Shown here: positions 1 to 8,206 of the stretch, piece by piece
Layout of the letters: every line of letters starts with the position of its first letter
Position numbering within the stretch: the first letter of the stretch is position 1
IMG/VR virus record: IMGVR_UViG_3300023174_003901
Coordinates: 136,247-200,246 of that record
DNA: 64,000 bases
Reading direction: 5' to 3' (one strand)
Origin: a virus
Lineage: Duplodnaviria > Caudoviricetes
Translations under genes and position numbers: made by a program
Notes under the pieces: model-generated
Databases searched by the model: none
What the model was told of the DNA's origin: nothing
Seen by the model: only the letters and a program-made list of their open reading frames with translations

Positions 1-58
1 GTTCTACAATGTGAATACGATCGTGCTCACGATCAAATAGTGCGTCAATGTAACTCAT
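1..58 (-). CDS. 5' end (truncated by window) of a probable family B DNA polymerase
   Basis: ATG at 58 with GGAG Shine-Dalgarno gives MSYIDALFDREHDRIHIVE, which resembles my recollection of PolB N-termini in large uncultured phages; only 19 codons visible. Confidence 0.5.
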   Translation of the reverse strand, partial: MSYIDALFDREHDRIHIVE

Positions 59-113
59 CTGTCTCCATTTGTGGCTGGTTGGCCATGATTCATGTTCGTC
101 AAGTGAACGATTC

Positions 114-422
114 TCAATTGCTTTGTATCAGCAATTTAATCAGCCCTGCGCTGTCAATAATACTTAGTATCAAGTAGTTGCCTAGGATACCAAAACTGCC
201 TCGCGTGTAAGCACACCAGGCCATGATCAGACATCCTGTGATGAATGCCGCATACAAGGGTATGAATGGCAAGTTGGGCACTGTGATAGCATAGGTTAGA
301 CTACAGCCGATGCTTATGACCCAACCCAACATCTCCAGGCAGAAACGCAGGGGATATTCGCGGTAGTCGGCTCGAACATAGTCCGCAACTGAACTGCGCC
401 ATTCTCGAAATGTTTGACTCAA
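114..422 (-). CDS. small multi-pass membrane protein
   Basis: 102 aa with about 3 hydrophobic segments; ATGA overlap with the upstream gene. Confidence 0.65.
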   Translation of the reverse strand: MSQTFREWRSSVADYVRADYREYPLRFCLEMLGWVISIGCSLTYAITVPNLPFIPLYAAFITGCLIMAWCAYTRGSFGILGNYLILSIIDSAGLIKLLIQSN

Positions 423-685
423 AGTGTTTTACCAACAGTTTCCAAGATGGTGTTGAGTTCGTCGTGATCTCGATTGGTCTCGCCCAATTTGGCCTTGTGT
501 GCAATCTTGATTGCTTTCTTTAAGGTAGCAGGTTTGATTTCTAATTCTTCAGCAATGGCCTTGATGGTGTCATTGAGGCCTTCGTTTAGGGTATCAACTT
601 CGTGTAGCACCTGCATGCCTTCGTTGATCAGTTGTGTGAGTTTGGCTTTGGCTTCGCCATTGAAAGTGCGGTTATAATCGCTCAT
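419..685 (-). CDS. small dsDNA-binding protein (T4 DsbA / GapR-like)
   Basis: Start revised to 685 (AAGGAG SD); helical LNDTIKAIAEELEIKPATLKKAIKIAHK pattern. Confidence 0.6.
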   Translation of the reverse strand: MSDYNRTFNGEAKAKLTQLINEGMQVLHEVDTLNEGLNDTIKAIAEELEIKPATLKKAIKIAHKAKLGETNRDHDELNTILETVGKTL

Positions 686-704
686 AAGTTCTCCTTGATC
701 ATGT

Positions 705-733
705 ATTATACATTGATGTGTTAACGAAAGCAA
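705..733 (-). promoter_or_regulatory. sigma70-type early promoter
   Basis: TTGCTT-N17-TATAAT with extended -10 TG, upstream of ATG 685. Confidence 0.7.
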
Positions 734-752
734 TGGGTTTGGTAAAGAAAAA

Positions 753-836
753 TGCTCACTTATGGGTTCCAGTAGCGAATTGGATGACCAAGGCAGCAGC
801 CGCCTACCCTCGCAACTAGTGCGGTCCTAAGGGTGT
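753..836 (-). ncRNA. candidate structured RNA (multi-stem, two possible loop-tail pseudoknots)
   Basis: Fills the intergenic gap; stems ACCCT/AGGGT, CGCA/TGCG, AGGC/GCCT, GGT-CA-TCCA/TGGAACC; 3' tail AGTGAGCA is complementary to loops CGCT and TGCT; followed by a U-rich run. Confidence 0.5.
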
Positions 837-838
837 TC

Positions 839-2914
839 TTATGATTGGATGATTTGTTTCAACAACGCTAGACGGCTTTCGCGCACAGGTGCTTTTGGTT
901 GCTGTTGTTGCTTGGCTTTTTCTTGTGCTCGGGCTTTTTCACCCACACGCTTAACCATGTCCTGATATTTTTTACCATAGTCGGCTTCTTTAGGTGGCAC
1001 GTAGTCGTCCTTGGCTTCCGGCAATACAGGATCCACATGCTTGCCTAAACGACTACGAATGTGATCTTTTTTGTCTTGGGTAGGAATAAGTTGTTGGACT
1101 GCACGAGGTCTATCTCCAGGCTTCCAATCTTTAACTTTGTTAATTTTATATCCTCTGCCAGGTTCCAACCCAAAAGTTTCTATGTCGCTTTTTGGCAGTC
1201 GAGAGCCAATGGTCACTGGCCCGTCTTCCGCCATGCCTTGCTTAATTGGAGGCAATCCTCTTAACTTGACATAAGCATCAAGAATATCGGATGCAAAATC
1301 TGTATCGTACATGAGCCAGTTTAATCGTTGACGACTTCCTAACTCTTGAATAGCAATGGCAAAAGCATATCGTTGCACTAAATTGTAAGAGGTAAGTTTA
1401 GGATGTTCGGCAAATACTTTTTCTGCTAAATCTTTCGCGTATTTACGGGCAAAAGAACGGCCAAAGCGTTCGCGAATTTTATCTGTTCTTTGTTGTGGAA
1501 TATTGTCTTCGCCTTCGTCCACACCTTGCTCAATCACATCAACACCGGCCTTGCTCTGCGGACTCAACATGCGTGTGATGTCTCTAGCATTGGCTTGAAT
1601 AATTTGCTTGCCAACTTCAACATTCTGTGGAGTAAGTTCTCTAGCCACTTTGTTAATTTTGTCAACGACAGGAAGCACTGGGCTTGGTCGAGAACCAAAC
1701 ATGCCTTCTTCCACGCCCTGGTCTTCAATCTGCATCGGATTCAAAGGATCATCTGTGTAAATAGTTCTTACATCGCTGCCTGCATCACTTAGTAATTCAT
1801 CAATCATGTCACTTACATCAGAATTATGCTGAGCCTGGAATCCGGCACGTTCACCTTGTGTGATATAAATCTTTGCTATTTTTGCTGCCTGATCTAGTTC
1901 AGACCTGCTGTAACCATCTTCGCCGCCAAACCTCTTGTAGTTGGCTAAAATTACTTTGCCTATCTCCGGTCCAGGGTCTGCCTTGGGCGCCGTCTTTTTG
2001 GCAATGCTAATGATTTGATCTAAATCCTCAATTTGATTTGTATTTTCAGGTGGCCCCATGCCTTGCCACACGTCTGAAACATATCCAGGTAATCCTGTGG
2101 TCTGTAAACTCTTGTTTATATCTACAAAAAATTTATTGATTTCCTTCACAGTCTTAACAATGTTTGTTGCAAGATAGGGGTAATTATTTGATGTGTATTC
2201 CTTTGCAGTGTCAAAGAACATTTCAGTAAAGCCCTGGCTTTGCCCAGAGTCAATTGAATCCCATCCATATTTTTTACCAATAGACATTAGTTGTTGTTCA
2301 ACTTGATCGGGAGTAAATTCTATTTTACCACTGAGAAATTGGTCAGGGTCGCCGATGTTGGTTGGTATTGGTTTGCCATTGCGGCTAACACCTTTGATTT
2401 TTTTTGACCCTTGCTCACTTGCAAAACTCACTGCTACATATCCAGTTACTGGAACATATTTAGGAGTTGATTTTTGTATGTTGCCCATCATCTTTTGAAA
2501 ACGTGGGTCGTCCGTTGGACCTTCCTCTACACCTTGCTCGTCTAGGCCACGATTGTGACGCCACTGACGAACGCTCTTGCCCCGGTCACGTGCGCTGCCT
2601 AGTTTGGGTCTTAGGTCGCCTCTTTTTTCAGTCACGTCTTGCTCGCCAAAGTCATCTGCCAACCGATCAAACACAATTTGTTCAATGCGTTCAAAGTCAT
2701 CGTCTGGATGGAGACCTGCGTCAATCACAACATCGTCATACATGTCTTGCACATATCGGCCAGCAGGAGTGTTGGCACTAAACAACTCATACAATGCGTC
2801 AAAGTCTTCGCGGGCCACAATGTTGCGCAGTTCCGCGTCAATTTCACTCATCACGCCTTCAGTCATGTCTTTTTCAAACACTTGGGGTAAGTTAAAAAAT
2901 TCGTTCAGTATCAT
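839..2914 (-). CDS. modular putative internal head (virion cargo) polyprotein
   Basis: 691 aa; leader MILNEFF; repeated linkers EQDVTE, EQGVEEG, DQGVEEG, EQGVDEG, KQGMAED. Confidence 0.6.
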   Translation of the reverse strand: MILNEFFNLPQVFEKDMTEGVMSEIDAELRNIVAREDFDALYELFSANTPAGRYVQDMYDDVVIDAGLHPDDDFERIEQIVFDRLADDFGEQDVTEKRGDLRPKLGSARDRGKSVRQWRHNRGLDEQGVEEGPTDDPRFQKMMGNIQKSTPKYVPVTGYVAVSFASEQGSKKIKGVSRNGKPIPTNIGDPDQFLSGKIEFTPDQVEQQLMSIGKKYGWDSIDSGQSQGFTEMFFDTAKEYTSNNYPYLATNIVKTVKEINKFFVDINKSLQTTGLPGYVSDVWQGMGPPENTNQIEDLDQIISIAKKTAPKADPGPEIGKVILANYKRFGGEDGYSRSELDQAAKIAKIYITQGERAGFQAQHNSDVSDMIDELLSDAGSDVRTIYTDDPLNPMQIEDQGVEEGMFGSRPSPVLPVVDKINKVARELTPQNVEVGKQIIQANARDITRMLSPQSKAGVDVIEQGVDEGEDNIPQQRTDKIRERFGRSFARKYAKDLAEKVFAEHPKLTSYNLVQRYAFAIAIQELGSRQRLNWLMYDTDFASDILDAYVKLRGLPPIKQGMAEDGPVTIGSRLPKSDIETFGLEPGRGYKINKVKDWKPGDRPRAVQQLIPTQDKKDHIRSRLGKHVDPVLPEAKDDYVPPKEADYGKKYQDMVKRVGEKARAQEKAKQQQQPKAPVRESRLALLKQIIQS

Positions 2915-3591
2915 TTGGCTTCTTCCACGTAGTCTGCACTAGAGTCTGGCTGCACAGCCGGACGTCTGGCACGGTATAGATTCACTGCCATCTCGGCTTC
3001 ATCTAATTCTTTGAAACTGGATGGCATGCTTCGAGTGCCATTGTGAATGGTAAACCCTCTGCGTTGATCGCCGTGTATCTCTAGTACTGAACCATCTTCT
3101 AGCGGAATAGTCTTGACAGGTGAACTTGCAGGCTCAGGAATGGTACTAACTTGGCCTTGTCCTGGACGCATCTCATCTACTTCAACATCTTCTTCTTGAC
3201 TGTCAGGATCTGTGGGATCATTGTCTTCAATGTCTCGAACTGCTTTGTCTTTGAGATCTTGATCTACTTTGACTTTGTCGGCCAACTGATCCAAATAGTG
3301 TGTTAGGTCTTTCTTGACCTTCGAAATCATGTCTTCTTCAATCTCGGACATGGTTTCTGCCAGGGGCATTTGCCCCACTTCTACATCATCACCAAACATG
3401 TAGCCAGCCGGGCTTGCTTTCCGATTGGCATCGCCGCCTAGTACAGGTCCTTGCTTGGGCATTTTGAACAGGGCCGGCATCTGTGGCACTGATTTCTGTT
3501 GTGCGTTCAAGCCTTTCTTGACTGTGGCGGGAGTTGTCTTTCCCTCAATCAAGTCCAAGCGTTGGAGGATGCTGTAGATATCGTCGCTCAT
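2911..3591 (-). CDS. acidic putative head-associated protein
   Basis: Start revised to 3591 (ATGA overlap with the dps stop); several [ILV]xE sites. Confidence 0.55.
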   Translation of the reverse strand: MSDDIYSILQRLDLIEGKTTPATVKKGLNAQQKSVPQMPALFKMPKQGPVLGGDANRKASPAGYMFGDDVEVGQMPLAETMSEIEEDMISKVKKDLTHYLDQLADKVKVDQDLKDKAVRDIEDNDPTDPDSQEEDVEVDEMRPGQGQVSTIPEPASSPVKTIPLEDGSVLEIHGDQRRGFTIHNGTRSMPSSFKELDEAEMAVNLYRARRPAVQPDSSADYVEEAK

Positions 3592-4028
3592 GCTCGTTCG
3601 ACTTTCAAGTAACTGGTCAGTTGCCAACGATATTTGCCATGAGCACTGAGTCGTTCTGCAATGAAGTTAGCAATACCTTGTTCGTTGGCGTCATTGGCTT
3701 CTGCAAAGCAACGATTCAACAAATCCAACATCTGATCATTGTTGGCCTTGAGTTCTTCTAACATGAGTCGAGCACGGGGAATCTTTGTCTGCCCTGAGAT
3801 CTCAGTGAGTTCGCTAAACCGCTCAAAACTTGCAGGCGAATATTCACCTAGGTAGCGGATGTATTCTGCTGTGGGATCAATGGCTGAGTAAGCATCTTCA
3901 TATATCTCTTGAAAGAACCCGTGGAGTTCGCTGAAGTCTGGCCCTTCTACATTCCAGTGGAAGCCATGGGCTTTCAAGTAGTAAGCAAAATTAGTTGCTA
4001 ATAGAATTTTTAAACTGTCCGCGAGCAT
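3588..4028 (-). CDS. dps: Dps / DNA-protecting ferritin-like protein
   Basis: KAHGFHWNVEGPDFSELHGFF...D..AEYIR ferroxidase signature; 146 aa. Confidence 0.92.
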   Translation of the reverse strand: MLADSLKILLATNFAYYLKAHGFHWNVEGPDFSELHGFFQEIYEDAYSAIDPTAEYIRYLGEYSPASFERFSELTEISGQTKIPRARLMLEELKANNDQMLDLLNRCFAEANDANEQGIANFIAERLSAHGKYRWQLTSYLKVERA

Positions 4029-4203
4029 TTTTGTTCCTTTTGTATTCCTGGGGCGTGTTAGGCGTCAGGTCCCTAGTATATTTACCACTTAACATTGATC
4101 CGCCTGATCTTGCGACCATGCCCAAGGGCTGTGCGATAGTGGCTATACTACCTGCACTTGAGGTGGCAGCAGACGAATTTTCCAGGATTTCACGTGCTCT
4201 CAT
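3991..4203 (-). CDS. small protein with capsid-targeting-like leader
   Basis: MRAREILE then S/A/G-rich segment; AAGGA SD. Confidence 0.55.
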   Translation of the reverse strand: MRAREILENSSAATSSAGSIATIAQPLGMVARSGGSMLSGKYTRDLTPNTPQEYKRNKNARGQFKNSISN

Positions 4204-4492
4204 GGGGATATATCCTTAACATAGTATTTTTTATTCTTGCACTGGGTGGGCCTGAATCCACACGCAGGTTTTTAACTGTTAATCGGGCTTGACTGGGTTC
4301 AACCAGTTCATAGCGTATGTCGTACTTGCCTGGCTCAGCATACACAGGAATCAACTCTTCCAAATACTGTTCCTGCCAGATGTACGTGCGTTCCACAAAC
4401 AGTTCGTTGCCCACAAATAATCTATACACAGGCGGCCGATCCTTCCAGTCACAGTAGACATCACACTTGATCATGACATGCTCGCGGCTCAT
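4190..4492 (-). CDS. hypothetical beta-rich protein
   Basis: 100 aa, translationally coupled on both sides. Confidence 0.6.
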   Translation of the reverse strand: MSREHVMIKCDVYCDWKDRPPVYRLFVGNELFVERTYIWQEQYLEELIPVYAEPGKYDIRYELVEPSQARLTVKNLRVDSGPPSARIKNTMLRIYPHEST

Positions 4493-6009
4493 TATTCGCT
4501 CTTGTTGCCCCAGTTGGCAGCACCTTTTTTACGACACTGAACCAAGGCTCCGGACGCATAGGCCGACGGCCATACTTTGTATCTGCTTTTTACTTTGTAA
4601 TAACAAGCATCTTGTTTTTCATTTATCATCAACTCACTGAACATGGGGCCGCCACAGTTGGGACAGTGTTGTTCCTGCACAGATTTATCCTTAAGGCCCT
4701 GCACCGCAGTTGTGCGTCGGGGATCAGGAGCAGGTGCAGTGTCGGCACTGGGCAAGAACTTGACTATTGATTGCTTGGTCAGTGGACCCAATACACCATC
4801 CACATCTAAATTGGCATTGAATTTTTTGTTCAGCATCTGTTGTATTCTGCGGATTTCGTCTGAATTCTTTTGGCCTAGTGTTTCGTTAACAAATTCTTGT
4901 ATGGTATCTTTTGCTACGTCTTGCTGACCTGGTAATGTATCAGAAACGGTTATCATATTTTCAGGAACTATTTGTACGGGAACGCGGCCTTGGTAGCCTG
5001 CTACTTGATAGGCCAGGAACCGGTGATTGCCATCTATTACAAAAAGTTGTCCATTATCGTTCCACACCAGCAAAGGTTTTAACACACCATTTTGTTTTAA
5101 TTCTGGTAAAAGTTTGTTAGTTACCCAATCAGCAATTTTAGGATCTTTCATTGATTTATGCTTTTCCCACATGCGCAATTTATTGAACGGTACCAAGGTA
5201 GACGGCAAACTTTTCTTGATGTTATCATCTATTGTGGCACCTCTATGATTGGTATACACAATCACTGGTTTTTGTTCTGACCCTTCTGCTACATCTTCAT
5301 TTTTCTTTTTGTTCTTTACACAGTTGGGATACCTTTTGCCAAACATGGTTTTCATGCCTTCTTTGTGATAGCCTTTCCAGCAGGCTTCTTCTAAATCCAC
5401 GCCCTCGTCAGTTTTCTTGTTGGCATTGATGTAGGCACGATACACCGCGGCTGCTGATGCCTTGCCGGCTGCCCGGGCACGTTGTTCCATGGCCACTGCG
5501 GCCTGTATCTTGTGTGCATGGCTCCGACCACTGTTGCGTATCTTTGCAACACTGGCACGTGCGTCTTCAACTGTGGCAAACTTCAAGCCAGTTATGGTGC
5601 CTCGAGGATTCTCATCTGTGTATAAATCACTATGTTTCTTTGAATCAGCAGGTTGCCCTGGTTTCCTAGCAATTCGTGGGCTTTCCGTCACAGGCCGTTG
5701 CCAGGCACGGGCCGGAACGTTAAGTGTTTTTTCCAAATGTTTTAGTGAAGCATTTGTCAACAAGTCTGTGCTGTCTCTACCGGGTTGATAATACCACTTG
5801 CCACTTTTGGTTTGTCTTAGCCCCATAATCTTTAAATCAAGATGGTTGAAACTGCGGCCACCTCGAGCCACATCAAAGAAGTAGAGTGTGTCAGCAGGGT
5901 TGGTCACTGATTCTGTCTTGGGCTTTTTGCCGGCCTTTCGCATGGCAATGGCAATAGCGGCCTGCTGTGCAGGGTTGGCTGCTTCTGAGAAGAAATCACC
6001 GAGTATCAT
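4492..6009 (-). CDS. modular polyprotein: basic mini-domains + ParB/Srx-like + peptidoglycan-binding-like + Zn ribbon
   Basis: Leader MILGDFFSE; PLLV...VIDGNHR; LDVDGVLGPLT; CPNC; linkers VTE/LEE/VAE/VQE/INE. Confidence 0.65.
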   Translation of the reverse strand: MILGDFFSEAANPAQQAAIAIAMRKAGKKPKTESVTNPADTLYFFDVARGGRSFNHLDLKIMGLRQTKSGKWYYQPGRDSTDLLTNASLKHLEKTLNVPARAWQRPVTESPRIARKPGQPADSKKHSDLYTDENPRGTITGLKFATVEDARASVAKIRNSGRSHAHKIQAAVAMEQRARAAGKASAAAVYRAYINANKKTDEGVDLEEACWKGYHKEGMKTMFGKRYPNCVKNKKKNEDVAEGSEQKPVIVYTNHRGATIDDNIKKSLPSTLVPFNKLRMWEKHKSMKDPKIADWVTNKLLPELKQNGVLKPLLVWNDNGQLFVIDGNHRFLAYQVAGYQGRVPVQIVPENMITVSDTLPGQQDVAKDTIQEFVNETLGQKNSDEIRRIQQMLNKKFNANLDVDGVLGPLTKQSIVKFLPSADTAPAPDPRRTTAVQGLKDKSVQEQHCPNCGGPMFSELMINEKQDACYYKVKSRYKVWPSAYASGALVQCRKKGAANWGNKSE

Positions 6010-6272
6010 GATTTTTTCCTCTTTGTAGACACATTGATGGCTGGGCCTGAGCGTTCAGGATTGGGATCTTGTTTGCGTTTGCGGCTAGCGGCACTTGCAC
6101 GACCTTTCTTGCCCAGTGAGTGTGCCTTGGAGGCAGGCAAGCACTTGGGTTTGCCTTCAGAATCTGATCCTCTGGCACAATCGCCGCGGATTTTACCATC
6201 AGGACCAAATCGTACCCATTTGTCTTTAAACCACTTGCGTAGGTTTTCGTTCATGAATTCATCGGCTCTCAT
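6006..6272 (-). CDS. small basic protein with capsid-targeting-like leader
   Basis: MRADEFMNE then NLRKWFKDKWVRFG...C..G....GKPKCLP module. Confidence 0.7.
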   Translation of the reverse strand: MRADEFMNENLRKWFKDKWVRFGPDGKIRGDCARGSDSEGKPKCLPASKAHSLGKKGRASAASRKRKQDPNPERSGPAINVSTKRKKS

Positions 6273-6277
6273 ATGTT

Positions 6278-6283
6278 TACTTA
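6278..6283 (-). promoter_or_regulatory. late-promoter-like TAAGTA
   Basis: 5 nt before ATG 6272, no SD. Confidence 0.5.
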
Positions 6284-6296
6284 GCCCTGTCGGCTT

Positions 6297-6767
6297 TTAC
6301 CTTATTCTGTGCAGTAGATAAACTGTGGTGTTGGCCATGTCACTGCGATCCAATCTATAACCCCAGGCCTGAGCATAGCGTTGCACCAGGCGATCATAGA
6401 GATTGCTTCGGCTCATGGGTTTCTGTCCAGGCTCAACATCTTTGTCGGCTGTGAAACGCAGGGTTTCAGGCTGTTCCATTTCTATGAATTGACCAATAGC
6501 GGTCAACACTGTGGCAAACACTCGCTGAGCATCACCGGCTCCGGAAATGTCCAGGCGATTGTCGCGCCAAAATTCAACTACCCAATCTTCATTGTCGGCC
6601 ACATCAGAATCAGTATAGAAATTGATTGTGAGATTGGTGCCATCTGGCAGTCGTGCTAAGGCATCATATCTAGGATCCTGTTCAGCACCGGGCTCGTCCT
6701 GATTGTTGTCCCAGTGAAATGCATAGGGTTGGTCAAATGCTTCTAAGATAATATCTGTGACCCTCAT
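6297..6767 (-). CDS. hypothetical protein with capsid-targeting-like leader
   Basis: MRVTDIILE leader; ATGA-coupled. Confidence 0.6.
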   Translation of the reverse strand: MRVTDIILEAFDQPYAFHWDNNQDEPGAEQDPRYDALARLPDGTNLTINFYTDSDVADNEDWVVEFWRDNRLDISGAGDAQRVFATVLTAIGQFIEMEQPETLRFTADKDVEPGQKPMSRSNLYDRLVQRYAQAWGYRLDRSDMANTTVYLLHRIR

Positions 6768-8206
6768 TTTTTCTTTGCCTTTGCTCTACCAGCCTTCATA
6801 TTGGCCAACCAGTGTGCCATGCGTTGCTTTTCACCTGAACTATTTTTAGCAGTTTTTCTCAGACTGCTTACTGATGCCTTGGTGTTCACACCTGAACGCT
6901 TGGCAAGTCCTTTGCGGCCAGGATTCTTGCCATCAGCAAAGTTTTCTGCTACACCTTGCTTGGGAATCAACAATTCAGGCATACGATACTCACTGACATC
7001 TACTGGATATGGCTGTAGTGATGCTTTGTATAATTCGGCATACTGTTGTTTTTCTTCGGATGTCTTGGCTCTGTAAAACTTGTTGGCAATGGCCATGTCG
7101 CCCACCAAAGTTCCTGGTGGAATTGAAATCTTTTTTGGACCATAGTATTTTAATTTGTCAGAATCTTTGTTGGTCAAACTGTAAAAGGTTGATTCCCATT
7201 TGTCCGGGTGCAAGGCATATTGTGCTGTTGTTCTTTCTGGCACAAACTCTGCAAGTGTATCTGCACCAGGATGAAATTTACCTAACTTGGATAAACTTAT
7301 AGCAGTATCATTGCTTTCGCCTTCCGCAACAACCGGTTTGACAGGAACATAGGCAGGCACACTGGTCATGCCTGCTTCTACCGCGGCTACAGCACGATGG
7401 TTGCCATCAATGATCCAACCCTGTGAATCAACCACAATGGGCATACTTTTTAACACTGATCCAATCCGTGGTATCAATTCTTGAACTTTGTCATTGTCCA
7501 CCCAGTTCACACGATTGTAAGGATCCGGTTCTTCGCCATCAGGATCCAAGTTCAGTTGTGACAAGGGAATACTCTTTAATTCCCACTCAGGATGATCAGT
7601 TATGCTGTATTCAATGTCAAATGCTTCTGGAGCATGAGCACGTTTGACATAATCAAGCACTTGGTCGGCCGCCATGGATTCTGTTATGCCTGGCCTGCTT
7701 TGTGCCACGGCCACATAGGCAGGACCAACGTAGCCATCAGGATACCGGGCAAAGTGTTGTATGGTTCTATGCCAACCTTCCAACAGTTCATAACCGTTGC
7801 CAAATTTAATTAATATTGCAGGTTCTCGACTCACACCGCCCTGTTGTATCAATGCCGCTTGTGTGGCATGTCTTTCAGCATCTTTGGGTATGCCCATACC
7901 CATGTCACTGGTGCCGCCTGCACGACCAATTAACTTTCGTTTGCTCTTCGGCTCAAACATGTCCATGGTAAACTTCATGTTGGGTACAAGTTGCCAAGGG
8001 TTGACATTAGGACTTAGTCCTGCATCTGCGATCATTTCGATAATTTCATCTTTGACTGCTCTACTATCAGTGGTGTAATTTTTATTTTTACCGCGACCTT
8101 TGTACAACCAGTCTTGCACAACATATTCTGGCCATGTGGGAACAATGCTTCGGATGTATTGATACATCCTGTCTCTGAGTTCTATTAAAAATTCACTTGC
8201 TCTCAT
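6764..8206 (-). CDS. modular polyprotein with two ParB/Srx-like domains and a basic C-terminal mini-domain
   Basis: MRASEFLIE; LLEGWHR and IIDGNHR motifs; linkers PGITE, PVVAE, KQGVAE. Confidence 0.7.
   Translation of the reverse strand: MRASEFLIELRDRMYQYIRSIVPTWPEYVVQDWLYKGRGKNKNYTTDSRAVKDEIIEMIADAGLSPNVNPWQLVPNMKFTMDMFEPKSKRKLIGRAGGTSDMGMGIPKDAERHATQAALIQQGGVSREPAILIKFGNGYELLEGWHRTIQHFARYPDGYVGPAYVAVAQSRPGITESMAADQVLDYVKRAHAPEAFDIEYSITDHPEWELKSIPLSQLNLDPDGEEPDPYNRVNWVDNDKVQELIPRIGSVLKSMPIVVDSQGWIIDGNHRAVAAVEAGMTSVPAYVPVKPVVAEGESNDTAISLSKLGKFHPGADTLAEFVPERTTAQYALHPDKWESTFYSLTNKDSDKLKYYGPKKISIPPGTLVGDMAIANKFYRAKTSEEKQQYAELYKASLQPYPVDVSEYRMPELLIPKQGVAENFADGKNPGRKGLAKRSGVNTKASVSSLRKTAKNSSGEKQRMAHWLANMKAGRAKAKKK

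Noticed and set aside
753-836. Assignment of the structured RNA as an HDV-like, hammerhead or twister ribozyme, or a tRNA
   Set aside because: No P2 partner for the HDV topology, no CUGANGA/GAAA core and no cloverleaf; left unassigned
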